DNA of 64,000 nt from a virus. The stretch spans positions 37,376 to 101,375 of the IMG/VR virus record IMGVR_UViG_3300032224_001305. The stretch is one strand, 5' to 3'. Positions 38,538 to 49,057 of the stretch are shown one piece after another. The notes below the pieces were generated by a model. It had not been told where the DNA came from. It searched no databases and saw only the letters and a program-made list of their open reading frames with translations. The stretch's first letter is position 1; the number at the start of each line of letters is the position of its first letter. The position numbers and the translations under genes are program-made.

Positions 38538-39032
38538 TTACGTCTTCTTCGTCGTAAACTTTACGCACAGTCGCTCAGCCGCGTCGTAGCTGACCTCCCA
38601 ATCCGAGGAGTTCTGCCACGCGTCACTCCCCCAGCCATGTCGATCAATATCGGCCTGGGTATTGCTCTCCGCTTCCTCCTGGCTGGTGGCGGATACATAG
38701 ACGTGCGCGCCGATTGGTACCCACGCCTCTATATCTACCTCGTAGATCTGTGTTTCCCTCACCGTGACCGGGTTCTCCCAATCAAATTTGGGTAATTTAT
38801 CTACTACTGGCGCATCGCAATCAAAGCGTACCCACTCAGCCTTACCGGCTTTTGCCCACCGGCAGATTGGACGTAACCAAGCAGGCAACGACGATAATTC
38901 TTCCTGCCCGACCCAGACAAAGCCGCCGTACTCATTGGTCGCACAAGAAGTGATCGGCTTTATCTCCTCTAGCGCATCTGAACTAGGCATATGAGCCGTA
39001 GAAAGCTCTAACACGCGTAAAGTGCTGTTCAT
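38538..39032 (-). CDS. Hypothetical protein (LSTAH...FD.DA motif, DUF5983-like)
   Basis: LELSTAH, YG..V, WVRFDCDA...LPKFDW. Confidence 0.55.
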   Translation of the reverse strand: MNSTLRVLELSTAHMPSSDALEEIKPITSCATNEYGGFVWVGQEELSSLPAWLRPICRWAKAGKAEWVRFDCDAPVVDKLPKFDWENPVTVRETQIYEVDIEAWVPIGAHVYVSATSQEEAESNTQADIDRHGWGSDAWQNSSDWEVSYDAAERLCVKFTTKKT

Positions 39033-39232
39033 GTTATCTCCAAGGTAATGAGTTGAGTCCTATCTGACTGTTCAGTTGAACTGTAAAGATTTTTAGCGGT
39101 TCCGCTCGTCGCAGAACTTCTGGCACTCTTCTTTGGTGCGAAACACCATACGTAGGGTACGTAGATATCTACCCTTACCATCTGGTATAGATGCTACCCA
39201 GCAATTATTACCGGTCTGTCGTGGTTCAAACA

Positions 39233-39634
39233 TTAGGCCTCCTTTTGCTTTTCACTAATACGGTTGATAACCACCACCGCTTCTGACGGCGGGTCGTTTG
39301 GGATGACGACGCACTCGTCACGGTACACGCGGTAATCGCGGTCGCCGTCCATCTCCTTCGGATCCATCAAGCAGAGCGGGCCACCCATCCACCCGAAGTT
39401 GTGGTTGCCGTCCTTACTGGCAAACCACATCACGCCACCCACGTCGTCCGGGCTTGGCGGGATGCTGCCGAGCAGTTCGAGCGCCTCTTCCGACACTCCC
39501 AAGTTCTTCCGCGTGTCGCGGACGACACAGCCGAATCGGGTTGGACTGTCTGGGAAGAACTCGTCTGTCTCGGTAAATGGCGGGGTCGTCTCAATAACCA
39601 ACTGGCCCATATGGGCCGTGATCTTCACCTTCAT
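39233..39634 (-). CDS. Hypothetical protein (GC-richer)
   Basis: GGAG RBS. Confidence 0.55.
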   Translation of the reverse strand: MKVKITAHMGQLVIETTPPFTETDEFFPDSPTRFGCVVRDTRKNLGVSEEALELLGSIPPSPDDVGGVMWFASKDGNHNFGWMGGPLCLMDPKEMDGDRDYRVYRDECVVIPNDPPSEAVVVINRISEKQKEA

Positions 39635-40370
39635 GTACTCTCCAATAGCGCTAAAATATTACGCTAGATACTAATAACCTACAGGAACGTACAAGTTCCA
39701 GATCGCTAGTCGGACTGCTTATACAAGCTTACTTAGGCGTGCTTTCTATCTTTACTACAGGTAGCGGCTCACTGTTACGCTGCCAGTTCATAACAGGATC
39801 AAAACATACTGACCAACCGCCCTCAGGATTACGGTGGTACGCTATAGCACGCCGCAGGCTTTTGGCGACTACATCCGCCTGGACTATCTGAGGGTGTAGA
39901 CGGTCGGACAGAATCCCGTAGTGCATATTCTCATGCGTCTTACCGGTAAACGTCATGACGGACAGGGCAGATAGTATCTGACTGATAGGTCCATAATGAG
40001 CTCCGGCTGTGTCGGCGTCACGATTAGTTAACGCAGCAAAAGCACTAACCTCTCGCCAGTCCCCGGCAGCCACACGGTAGGCCAGGTCACTGGCTGCGAT
40101 CAAGGCTTGAGCCTGCGACACTGTCATAGTAACTGATACGACAAGGTCCTTATCTTCATCCATCTTTTTCTCCGTCCGTACTAGGCAACATTTCAAACTG
40201 ATACCCACTAGGCAGCAACCTAGGAGGAGAGATAGCCACTTCTTTGATCCGCACTTCACTATTGCGCAGCTCTTCTTCTGTAACTTGGGCGGGGCCGGAG
40301 AACTTTAACTCTCGACCATCTCTGAGATGTATGGTTACTAGCTGTATCTCACGTGCGCTAGACATGACGA

Positions 40371-40586
40371 CTACCCCTTACCACTGTGATTAGGTTTCTT
40401 ATCAGGAGTTCTGCTTGGTGCGCGCCTGTACATCTCCTTAGCTGGCCAGAAGTGCGTACACTTGTTCTCGTCTGAGTCTGCCTCAAACTTGGAGTAAGAC
40501 TGCCATCTACTTGGAGGCGCTGCGTGTCGCCAACAATCGTTTTTTAGGCGGCAATCTCTATTAAGACACATTGTTATATCTGCCAT
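40371..40586 (-). CDS. Small Cys-rich phage protein (DITMC...C..C.R)
   Basis: AGGAG RBS; promoter motif upstream. Confidence 0.6.
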   Translation of the reverse strand: MADITMCLNRDCRLKNDCWRHAAPPSRWQSYSKFEADSDENKCTHFWPAKEMYRRAPSRTPDKKPNHSGKG

Positions 40587-40722
40587 ACTAAAGTTCTCCT
40601 GCGGTCACGTGACTTATACCGAAAATGTCGTTGATATTACATGTAACAGCTAAGCAACAACCGACACTTTTAATGCCGGTTGCGCTGATGAGTTCGGTAT
40701 TACGAATAATAATTACTACTCG

Positions 40723-41154
40723 TTAGCCTGCACTCATGAAATCAAATTGTAACTGCGAACCTTTATCGGCCCAATGGTAGCCGTATTTATTGCACAACTG
40801 CTCATCGTTTAACAGGTTGATTATACCCAGCGCAATAGTATCTGCTTCTTTGTACGCTTTTTCGCCCAACACATCAGAGGGACTGGTCAACACAAAAGTC
40901 AACCTAGTCTTTCCTCTATAGGAGTACGACTCTACAAAGCACGCCCAAGTCGGACCACCCGATTCACCATCGCTAGCGGTGACTATTGGATAAATCGAAT
41001 TTAGTCTTTCAGCTACGAACTTTATAATGAACGGTGACTTACCGTGGCCGCAGCATGAATAAAACGTACGCACACCTGCGCACTTATTCAGAATGGTAAC
41101 CAGGTTTATACATTCAGGGTCGAGCTTTGATGTGCTCTTCATAGACAGCCTCAT
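40723..41154 (-). CDS. Tyw3-like fold protein
   Basis: LD..C..LV..LN...G..T..SC.GH motif. Confidence 0.5.
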   Translation of the reverse strand: MRLSMKSTSKLDPECINLVTILNKCAGVRTFYSCCGHGKSPFIIKFVAERLNSIYPIVTASDGESGGPTWACFVESYSYRGKTRLTFVLTSPSDVLGEKAYKEADTIALGIINLLNDEQLCNKYGYHWADKGSQLQFDFMSAG

Positions 41155-42468
41155 CTAGTCACTTGGGCTAATACAAACCCAATGGTAAAGCCGAACATTG
41201 CTACGATAAGGAGCAAAATAGCGAGAGCGATTCTTCTAAAAGGCTTGCCGATCTGCTCTTCTAAACTGACAAGTTCATTTCCTTGCTGGTTACTCATTAT
41301 AACCCTCCTTCCAATAACGCTTAAGTTCCTTTAGCGCCTTATCTCTATCTGAAGTAAGCACCTTTTTCTTACCCTGCTTGTCTAGTCTATTCGCTATAGA
41401 AGCGGTCTGACACGCATCGCAGAACCCGTGCCAGTTACTACTCTTACCGCACAAATACTCAGAGCCGTGTCGAGCGAAAACTTGCCCACATCCCCTAAAA
41501 GTCTTGTTAGGAGCGCTGGCTGCGTCATCAGCAGCAACGAATTTAGCTACTAACAACAGCAACTTATCTATCTTGTTCAATGTTGTGCTCAACTTGTGCT
41601 CCGGCTGTACGTGTAAGTCCTAATTAACCAGCTGTGCGAAGTAACTCTTCTATACGCTTAGTAATGGCGTCTACCTCAGCAGTGGTTTTATCAACCCTGC
41701 TAAGCAATTCGTCAAATAAATCAAGAGCGGCTTTCTGTTCTTTATCTTCGGCCGCGTCCTTGTTTTCCGGTTCCATAACAACTCCGAAAGAAGGTAAAAA
41801 GAAGTACTACGCATATGACAATGCGCAGTACTTCTTTGTCAAGCGACCTAGTTCGCACTAACCGTGCGTTTCTTGCTTACGGAGACAAGCATGATAGGCA
41901 CCACGATTATCGCGGCGAATAAAAGTGCGGCAACCGTGGCTCTTACGCCTGACTGATGATAGAACACAACTGAGTTATCTTCATTGAGCATCGCCGCACA
42001 ACCTCGGAGGAGGGTCTCTCCACTGGTCCGTCCCAGGCGACACGATGCCGCGTAGAACGAGCTCTTTGTTCTTGTATACAGGCCTAGGCTGTTCCCACGG
42101 ACTTACCATATTGATAGGTCCTTCTTCGAAGTTGTTCTGTATCTCTAGGCTTGGGGATGATAGAGAACAAGAAAACGACGTTCCGTCCTCAAAAGTGATT
42201 ACTACGTTAGTTTTCATTATGCGCATCACCTGTAAGTAATTCGTTTATCTTGCACTTTATCTGCAGTAATTCTTTACGCAGCCATGCAAAAGGATCTTCG
42301 CCGTCTGGGCAGGTTATCACGCCTCTGGCGGATTCTACCTTCCCATCGTCCATAATGTACACGCCTAGGTAGTCGTCGTGCTCAGTAGAGAATAGCTGCA
42401 CTTCGTACCCGTCAAAGCTTTCTCCAGAGACTTCTTCCCAGTTCGCGCCTGGTAGAGCTTGTTGTGCC

Positions 42469-42870
42469 TTATGCAGCAATTCCTTCTTGGTCATTGGCTG
42501 CCTCCTCAACAATGGCGGCAAAGGTCTTCTTAAACTTCTCAGCAGCCTCTTTGATATTTCCGCCTGACATTCTCGCTCGGTATTCTGCGTCGTGCAGACG
42601 GCCTTTCTTGATTCTATTTAACCACACACGTCGCGCCTCTTGGCTGACATTTGTGCGCAGTCCAACCCATTTAGATAACTCATGGATCGGTGTAGTACCG
42701 CCGTACGTCCCGTCGAATACCTTTGCACGAAACTGCAACTCTTTTAGGTTGCTTTCAGTGATCTCACACATACCAGTGGCCATTAGCAGAGTACCCATAA
42801 AGAAACCGTACTTTTCAATAGTCTCTCGATCGTCTAGCAAAGACTCGGGCCAATAACAGTTCAGACTCAT
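42469..42870 (-). CDS. Hypothetical protein
   Basis: AGGAG RBS before MSLN. Confidence 0.55.
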   Translation of the reverse strand: MSLNCYWPESLLDDRETIEKYGFFMGTLLMATGMCEITESNLKELQFRAKVFDGTYGGTTPIHELSKWVGLRTNVSQEARRVWLNRIKKGRLHDAEYRARMSGGNIKEAAEKFKKTFAAIVEEAANDQEGIAA

Positions 42871-43457
42871 AATGTCTCCTAAGCGATAAATGGTTAAATT
42901 AGTCGTCGCGCTCACGAATACGTTCGGCCTCTGCGCGGTGCTCAATACAGTCTCCACACAGGTAGTAATCTAGATCGGGATGGTAGAACACGAGGATATT
43001 TGGGCGCACCCGCCATGATCCCGTTTCATCGTTCTTAGTGCAGTCATCGCACAAGGACGAATCCTTGCGTTCGACAATCCACTCAGAGTCTTCAAGCTCT
43101 GGAAACACACTTAGAGACAGCAACTCTAAGCAGCGCTCTTTTTCATCAGGCCCATCGAAAAAAGGGTCTTTCATAACGCCTCCTTACGCAAGTAAATAAG
43201 TACCGTTAGGTACTGTAAGATTTATACCAGAATATTCGCGGTAATAGCTAAAAACGTCGTCGGCTCTATTGGCCTACGACGTTCGTTGTCACACCAGCGC
43301 CTCGAACTTCCACGGGACATTTTTATCTCCAGTGTCCCAGATTTCGTGCAGCAGCATCGCGATAAATTCCATGGTGCCCTCCTTCTTAAGTCCTTCCCTT
43401 CCATATTTCTTATACCAGTTTATAGTATTCTTATTGCCGTGTAACTTGGGGGCTAAG

Positions 43458-43937
43458 ATGTTCGACAGACAGCAGTTGGTAAAGATGGCTAAGGTGCTCA
43501 CTACAGCAGGTAGAGAGCACATTGCCGAGAAGAATTTTGCTCTTTCTGGAGAGCGCTACCCAATACACGACATCGCACATGCGCGTAACGCGCTTGCTCG
43601 CGTGGCTCAGAGCGGAACTCCGGCTGAACAAGCCAAGGTAAGAGCCGCCGTAGCACGCAAGTATCCGAGCCTAGCTAACAAAGAAAAGAACGCCGCTAAG
43701 ATGGGCGCCCCTGGTCGTATGTTAGACCATGGCACAGTCAAGTCGGATTCTAACGAAGGCGAGATGATGAAGAGCGTCCTAGCCACCATAGCTAGAGACG
43801 CTACTGAACTGCACAACATGCTAGAAGACGGCGACGACGTTCCTGCATGGGCATTGACCAAAGTAGCCCAGGCTCAGCAGCAGGTGTCAGGTGTACGAGA
43901 TTGGTTGCAGAACGAGATTGCATCTAAGGGTAAGTAA
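43458..43937 (+). CDS. Putative head-associated protein with RxxLxKxA leader (DUF6582-like segment)
   Basis: RQQLVKMA; FA...YPIHD.AHARNALAR; EG.M..S.L...A..L...L.D....P.W..K. Confidence 0.6.
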   Translation: MFDRQQLVKMAKVLTTAGREHIAEKNFALSGERYPIHDIAHARNALARVAQSGTPAEQAKVRAAVARKYPSLANKEKNAAKMGAPGRMLDHGTVKSDSNEGEMMKSVLATIARDATELHNMLEDGDDVPAWALTKVAQAQQQVSGVRDWLQNEIASKGK

Positions 43938-45262
43938 TGCCCTACCGTTCTCTACAGCAGCAAAGAGCTATGTGGGCTCGGCGTAAGAAAGACGCCGAGT
44001 TCCATGCTCGTTTTAAGAAGCACGCCGCCCACGATTCTGCTGCTCTGAAGATGGAGGCGGAGGACATCTACAAGTACCGCCTACCGGACGGGTCACCGGG
44101 ATTAGTGCTTTCCGCCGCTGGTAAGGCTATGCCTGCTGCTAAGTACCGGAAGTACAATGAAGACTATTTACACGTACTAGCTCAAATAGACAGCGGAAAG
44201 ATCCACAACACTAAACAGTTACATACACACATGCGTCCGTTCATTCAGGCGGCCAAAGGCGCCGTAAAGACTGCAGCCAAGGATGTGCGTACTTGGAACT
44301 CCAAGAGCGGAGAGACGTACGTAAAGGTTCGTTTATTAGCTAACAAAAAAGATGCACAGCACGGAGCAGAACGTATTTGGGCTCGTCTAGCAAAAGGCGA
44401 CCTAAATAAGGGCTCTGGATATCTAGCTAATACTCCTTTGCTAAATACGAAACGTTATGGCGCGCATGTTGCTTGGGATGGTGGTAAAAACAAGGAGCTG
44501 GCCGTGATAAAGCAGGCAAGCGCTGTGCGAAGTATATTACTGAAAATAGCCGGTGCAGGTTTTGTACCGCCCCCTGCTGTAGCTGCCGCCGCTGCTCGTG
44601 GGTTAGAATTGCGTAGCAAAGCTTCGCCTTCTAATAAGGGAGGCCTAACTGTATCACAAGCGCATGAGCAAGGCATTGGCTCCGGCGTGCAGCGAGCAGT
44701 TGATCTAAAGAACCGACGTGCTCTCTCACCAGAGACAATACGTCGCATGGTGGCATTCTTTTCACGCCACCAGAAAAACAAAGCGATTGACCCAGGTAAG
44801 ACACCGGACCAAGACAAGGGATATCAGGCCTGGTTGTTGTGGGGTGGCGATCCTGGACGTGCGTGGTCCACACGTATTGCTAACTCCCTCAGAAATGAGG
44901 GAGAGATGTCTAAGAAGTCTACTATTACAAAGGTCGCTGAACGACCTGCGAACATGAAAGAGCACTTACAGAACGCTCTCGCAAAGTATAAAGCTGGTAA
45001 GGAGTTAGGTGCTACAGAAGAAGCTAGATTGAAGGCAAGAGGGCTTATCCCGAGAAAAGACGGTTCAGTTCACCGCGGTAAACTAGGTATGGGCAAGACT
45101 GCGTCTAAGTCATCGCAGGAAAATGTCCCTACACAACCAGATTTGTGGGCCGAAGCTGTGCAAGAAGCGAAGCGTCGGTTCAAGATTTATCCATCTGCAT
45201 ACGCAAATGGATGGGCGGCTAAGTGGTACAAAGAACGTGGTGGAAGCTGGAAGAAAGCGTAA
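43937..45262 (+). CDS. Polyprotein-like head-associated protein made of short modules separated by KxA motifs
   Basis: KHAA, KTAA, KQAS, KIAG, KVAE, KTAS; modules include PP.AV...A.RGL...AW.LWGG and YPSAYANGW..K.YK..GG.W. Confidence 0.55.
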   Translation: MPYRSLQQQRAMWARRKKDAEFHARFKKHAAHDSAALKMEAEDIYKYRLPDGSPGLVLSAAGKAMPAAKYRKYNEDYLHVLAQIDSGKIHNTKQLHTHMRPFIQAAKGAVKTAAKDVRTWNSKSGETYVKVRLLANKKDAQHGAERIWARLAKGDLNKGSGYLANTPLLNTKRYGAHVAWDGGKNKELAVIKQASAVRSILLKIAGAGFVPPPAVAAAAARGLELRSKASPSNKGGLTVSQAHEQGIGSGVQRAVDLKNRRALSPETIRRMVAFFSRHQKNKAIDPGKTPDQDKGYQAWLLWGGDPGRAWSTRIANSLRNEGEMSKKSTITKVAERPANMKEHLQNALAKYKAGKELGATEEARLKARGLIPRKDGSVHRGKLGMGKTASKSSQENVPTQPDLWAEAVQEAKRRFKIYPSAYANGWAAKWYKERGGSWKKA

Positions 45263-45286
45263 GCCAACCGAACTCGGGAGACACCC

Positions 45287-45505
45287 ATGAGCGTAGAGAT
45301 AACAATGAAAGATATTCTGCAGATTGCTAGCTTCGTTGTGGTTGCCGCCGGTATCATCTGGCGCTTCAGTAATATTTTGGCTGATATAAAAACAGATCTG
45401 AAACTTATAGCTCAGAAACTAAATGATCTAGGTCCTAAATTGGACGATCACGAGGCCCGTATCAGAGTTCTTGAGAGCAAACTGAGAACCGGCGAGCACG
45501 CCTAA
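45287..45505 (+). CDS. Small TM + coiled-coil protein (holin-like)
   Basis: One TM helix, then DHEARIRVLE; lies upstream of the endolysin. Confidence 0.5.
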   Translation: MSVEITMKDILQIASFVVVAAGIIWRFSNILADIKTDLKLIAQKLNDLGPKLDDHEARIRVLESKLRTGEHA

Positions 45506-45518
45506 GCACTAGGACACC

Positions 45519-45914
45519 ATGCGCAGCATCCGCATATCGCTAATAAAGATTGCCGCCGCGTCTAAGAAAGACGTAGGCCACGGTGGTCTTGACGAATGGT
45601 TTAGCGGACATGGTAAGGACAGAGGAAAAGCCCAATGGGGCGACTGGGTATCTATTAGCCCCATACGTAAGAGATTGCGTAGCGGCAGACTGGTAGAGCC
45701 CGGCGACATAGTCGGTCAATGCGGCATCTCTAAAGACCCAGACTGGGCCGAGTACACCAAAAACGGCAATGACCCGTTAAAGTGTATGCCACGAAAGAAG
45801 GCGCAGGCTCTGACAAAAGAACAACGTGCCGCACTAGCTCGCGGAAAAGCTAGCGCAGAAAGAATCTCCAGCAACACTGGAGAGCCGGTACGAACACGCA
45901 CGTTTTCCAAGTAG
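45519..45914 (+). CDS. Putative virion protein with leader (DUF5872-like)
   Basis: RISLIKIAA; GL..WF...WV.I...CG...KC.P. Confidence 0.5.
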   Translation: MRSIRISLIKIAAASKKDVGHGGLDEWFSGHGKDRGKAQWGDWVSISPIRKRLRSGRLVEPGDIVGQCGISKDPDWAEYTKNGNDPLKCMPRKKAQALTKEQRAALARGKASAERISSNTGEPVRTRTFSK

Positions 45915-45938
45915 TTCACATTCAATCCGGAGGATAGC

Positions 45939-46865
45939 ATGGTACTCAAGAGAGGATCAAAGGGTGACGACGTACTTAAACTACAGAAGGGTCTAGCGTC
46001 GTTGGGATACAACGTAGGTACGCCCGACGGTGCTTTTGGCCAAAAGACTGAAGACGCCGTAGAGGACTTCCAGGACTCTGTAGATTTGACGTCTGACGGT
46101 GTGTTCGGCAAAGGCTCGATGACGGCCTACAATGCCAAAGTTGCTCCTGAGTTCCAGTTTGCCGTAGCTGTGACTGCCGACCCGGTAGATATTCCGGCTG
46201 ATAAGAAGAACAAGTGGGTAAGCGTTCCCTGCCACGTAGCAGGCGGCGGCTTCTCCAGCACAACTCTGCGCGACGACGCTGCTGCTTCGTTTAAGGCGAT
46301 GTATGACGAGGTCACAGCCCTAGGCGGCAAGTTATCATCAGCAGGCGGTAAGCGTCCGCTATCAGCTGGTGGCGGCAAGGCGCAGTCAAAGACCTCGATG
46401 CACTATCTAGGTAGAGCGCACGACATGTCACTTGGTGCGGGTATGCAAGACCCGACCAAAGATAGCGCTGTATGTGTCCGTGTAGGTCCCGATAGCCGCA
46501 AGTGGATCGTATGGCTACGCACAGAAAACCCCAACGTTCCAGTTGTAACGCTACAAGGTGTAAAGTGCAGCACAGTCAATGGCAAGACGGTCCTCACGAC
46601 CGTTCCTGTCACTGGGCGCTTCTTTAACTTCACCGAGTTGGCCGCTAAGCATGGCTGGAGCGGCATTGGTGGACGTAAATTCTTCTTCCAAGGTGGAACC
46701 TACTCCGGCGCAGAGTGGTGGCACTTCCAGTGGGAAGTAGGATTGGTTAAAGGCCAGACGACGTTTGGTAACGAACTGCTACGTCTATACAGCCCAGCTG
46801 AGTGCAAAGCGCTAGCGTGGTGGGACGAAGTCAAGGATGCCGTATTTGGCGAAGACTTTAACTAA
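45939..46865 (+). CDS. Endolysin: peptidoglycan-binding domain + M15-family Zn peptidase
   Basis: LKRGSKGDDV..LQ..L...DG.FG..T...FQ; SMHYLGRAHD and EWWHF. Confidence 0.88.
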   Translation: MVLKRGSKGDDVLKLQKGLASLGYNVGTPDGAFGQKTEDAVEDFQDSVDLTSDGVFGKGSMTAYNAKVAPEFQFAVAVTADPVDIPADKKNKWVSVPCHVAGGGFSSTTLRDDAAASFKAMYDEVTALGGKLSSAGGKRPLSAGGGKAQSKTSMHYLGRAHDMSLGAGMQDPTKDSAVCVRVGPDSRKWIVWLRTENPNVPVVTLQGVKCSTVNGKTVLTTVPVTGRFFNFTELAAKHGWSGIGGRKFFFQGGTYSGAEWWHFQWEVGLVKGQTTFGNELLRLYSPAECKALAWWDEVKDAVFGEDFN

Positions 46866-46877
46866 GAAGGTGTCGTC

Positions 46878-47114
46878 GTGCGAGAGTACATAGACAAGGC
46901 CACGCTAGAACTAAAACAGAAGTCTCTAAACGACATCCAGCAAGAGACTGCAAAGGTTTGGGCTGGCCGAGCTTGCGCCGCAGCGCAATTAGGCAACGCA
47001 GCGGACGCGCTAGAGTACTCGCATGAAGCTATAGAGCACGCGGCTTTATCAGGCAATGATAAACTGCTAGGACAGGTAAGAGCGCTCATGCGCCACTTCG
47101 GCGTCCCTGTCTAG
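46878..47114 (+). CDS. Hypothetical protein
   Basis: AAGG RBS, GTG start. Confidence 0.55.
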   Translation: MREYIDKATLELKQKSLNDIQQETAKVWAGRACAAAQLGNAADALEYSHEAIEHAALSGNDKLLGQVRALMRHFGVPV

Positions 47115-47186
47115 CTCTAACGTTTTTTAGACGATACGTAAGCCCCTATACTGTTCTGTGTTACAGCAGAACAGTATAGGTGTATC

Positions 47187-49055
47187 ATGTCTAAGAGAAA
47201 TATCGTGTTAGTTCTGTCTCTTCTGCTGTATAGTTGCGGCGATGACTTAGGTTGGTCCAACCAGCCTACCGATACCACCATAGACTGTGATACCACACAC
47301 GAGGAAGATACCGATGAGGATACTCTTCAAGGCATTGATACCGGTATTGACGATATTAACAGCGCTGACATTTGGAGCAGCGACAATAGCGATGCTGACG
47401 ACGCTGAAGGTACTGAAATCCTTGTCAGCGTAGACAGTGCTGATGACGTAGAAGCCCCGACAGACGCAACTTCTATAGAAGACTCTACGTCAGAAGAAGA
47501 TACAGTTATTTCTGACGTAGGAGATATAGTTTCCATACCGGCAGAATGTACTGTCTCATCAGACTGCGCCAATGACCAACCCTGCGCATACGCTTGGTGT
47601 GATGACGGTAAGTGCAAGAAAGATTTAACACTTCTAGATAGCACGCCGTGTCAACTAGACGGCTCTGTTTGTACAATAGATAAGTGTTTAGATGGCAAAT
47701 GCCTAAGCGCTGGTAGTTTATTTTGTGAAGATAACAATCCCTGCACAGATAACCTATGCGATGCGGAGAAGGGGTGTGAGGCTTGGGCTAATATTGGTGC
47801 GTGTGATGATGGCTCAACTTGTACCGGCTTAGACGTATGCTCAGGAGGTTCTTGCCAACCTGGTCCAACAATAGACTGTGATGACGCTAATCCATGTACA
47901 TCTGATAGCTGCTCTGAAGATTTTGGATGTATTCATGATAATAACTCTGCGCCATGCAACGACGGAGTAGAGTGTACGTTGGACGACGCCTGCTCTAATG
48001 GCATGTGCTTGCCCGGAGATCCGACATCTTGCGAGGACCAGAATCCATGCACTGATGACACATGTGACATCTTGTCTGGATGCGTTAACGAGCCCAACGA
48101 TGTCACATGTACCGACCAGAACGCTTGTACAGAACAAGACAAGTGCGAGCTGGCTATGTGCCTAGGAGTGTCCGTAGTCTGCGAGGACGGAAACGCCTGT
48201 ACGTCAGATCTATGTGACACCGTAGTAGGCTGTGTAAGTCTGCCTATTGCAGCGACATGCACAGACAACTCATCCTGTACCGAAGGGGACAACTGCGAGC
48301 AAGGTATATGCACCAGTATTCCGATCATATGTAATGACCAAAACGAATGTACGGCAGATACTTGTGATATATCCGCAGGCTGTACATACAATGCTCAGCC
48401 CAACGGTACTAAATGCGGAGGCGGTACGTGCGCCAACGGCGTATGTACTTGTCTAACAGGGTTCGGTTGCGCTGCTCCTAAGTTTATTTACAACGGAGAT
48501 GTGACAGCAGGTATGCTTGGAGGAATGGGCGGAGTCGTAGGTCCTAAGATGGGCTGCGCTACCACAGACGTACTTATAGGCATAGGGTTTGATTTCAGTA
48601 ACAACACTAAGACCGCCACCAGAACAACTGTAGTTTGTGGCACTGTCACGGCAGACCAGACTGGGAACGTAACCACAACCCAAACCACTACTCAGAAAAA
48701 CGGTGGCTCTGGATGTTCAGGATGGGAGCCGACGGCACCTACTCCAATAACGAAATGCCCTAACGGCTGGGTTATCGTAGGTATAACTGGTAATAAACCT
48801 GGTTCTACTTTGTTCAATAGCGTGAGCATAGTGTGCTCACAGCTTAGTGTTGGAGGCGTGCCCGTTGGTACAGAGCAGACAATTGCTGTGCCTGGTATGC
48901 CTGGAACTGGAACTCCTCAAAGTGTTAAGTGTCCCGTAGGCACTATAGCTAGATACTTCGAGACACGCGCTGGATGTGGACAAGACGCCCTAACTCTTTA
49001 TTGCGCCAAAGCTAATCCTGACTGCACAGGCCAGCCTCTCATATGTAAGGACTAA
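47187..49055 (+). CDS. Lipoprotein with acidic linker, tandem Cys-rich CxDxNxCTxDxC repeats and a C-terminal beta-prism/lectin-like domain
   Basis: LYSC lipobox; repeated CEDNNPCTDNLC-type units; three C-terminal repeats of CPxGxVxxG type. Confidence 0.75.
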   Translation: MSKRNIVLVLSLLLYSCGDDLGWSNQPTDTTIDCDTTHEEDTDEDTLQGIDTGIDDINSADIWSSDNSDADDAEGTEILVSVDSADDVEAPTDATSIEDSTSEEDTVISDVGDIVSIPAECTVSSDCANDQPCAYAWCDDGKCKKDLTLLDSTPCQLDGSVCTIDKCLDGKCLSAGSLFCEDNNPCTDNLCDAEKGCEAWANIGACDDGSTCTGLDVCSGGSCQPGPTIDCDDANPCTSDSCSEDFGCIHDNNSAPCNDGVECTLDDACSNGMCLPGDPTSCEDQNPCTDDTCDILSGCVNEPNDVTCTDQNACTEQDKCELAMCLGVSVVCEDGNACTSDLCDTVVGCVSLPIAATCTDNSSCTEGDNCEQGICTSIPIICNDQNECTADTCDISAGCTYNAQPNGTKCGGGTCANGVCTCLTGFGCAAPKFIYNGDVTAGMLGGMGGVVGPKMGCATTDVLIGIGFDFSNNTKTATRTTVVCGTVTADQTGNVTTTQTTTQKNGGSGCSGWEPTAPTPITKCPNGWVIVGITGNKPGSTLFNSVSIVCSQLSVGGVPVGTEQTIAVPGMPGTGTPQSVKCPVGTIARYFETRAGCGQDALTLYCAKANPDCTGQPLICKD

Positions 49056-49057
49056 CA

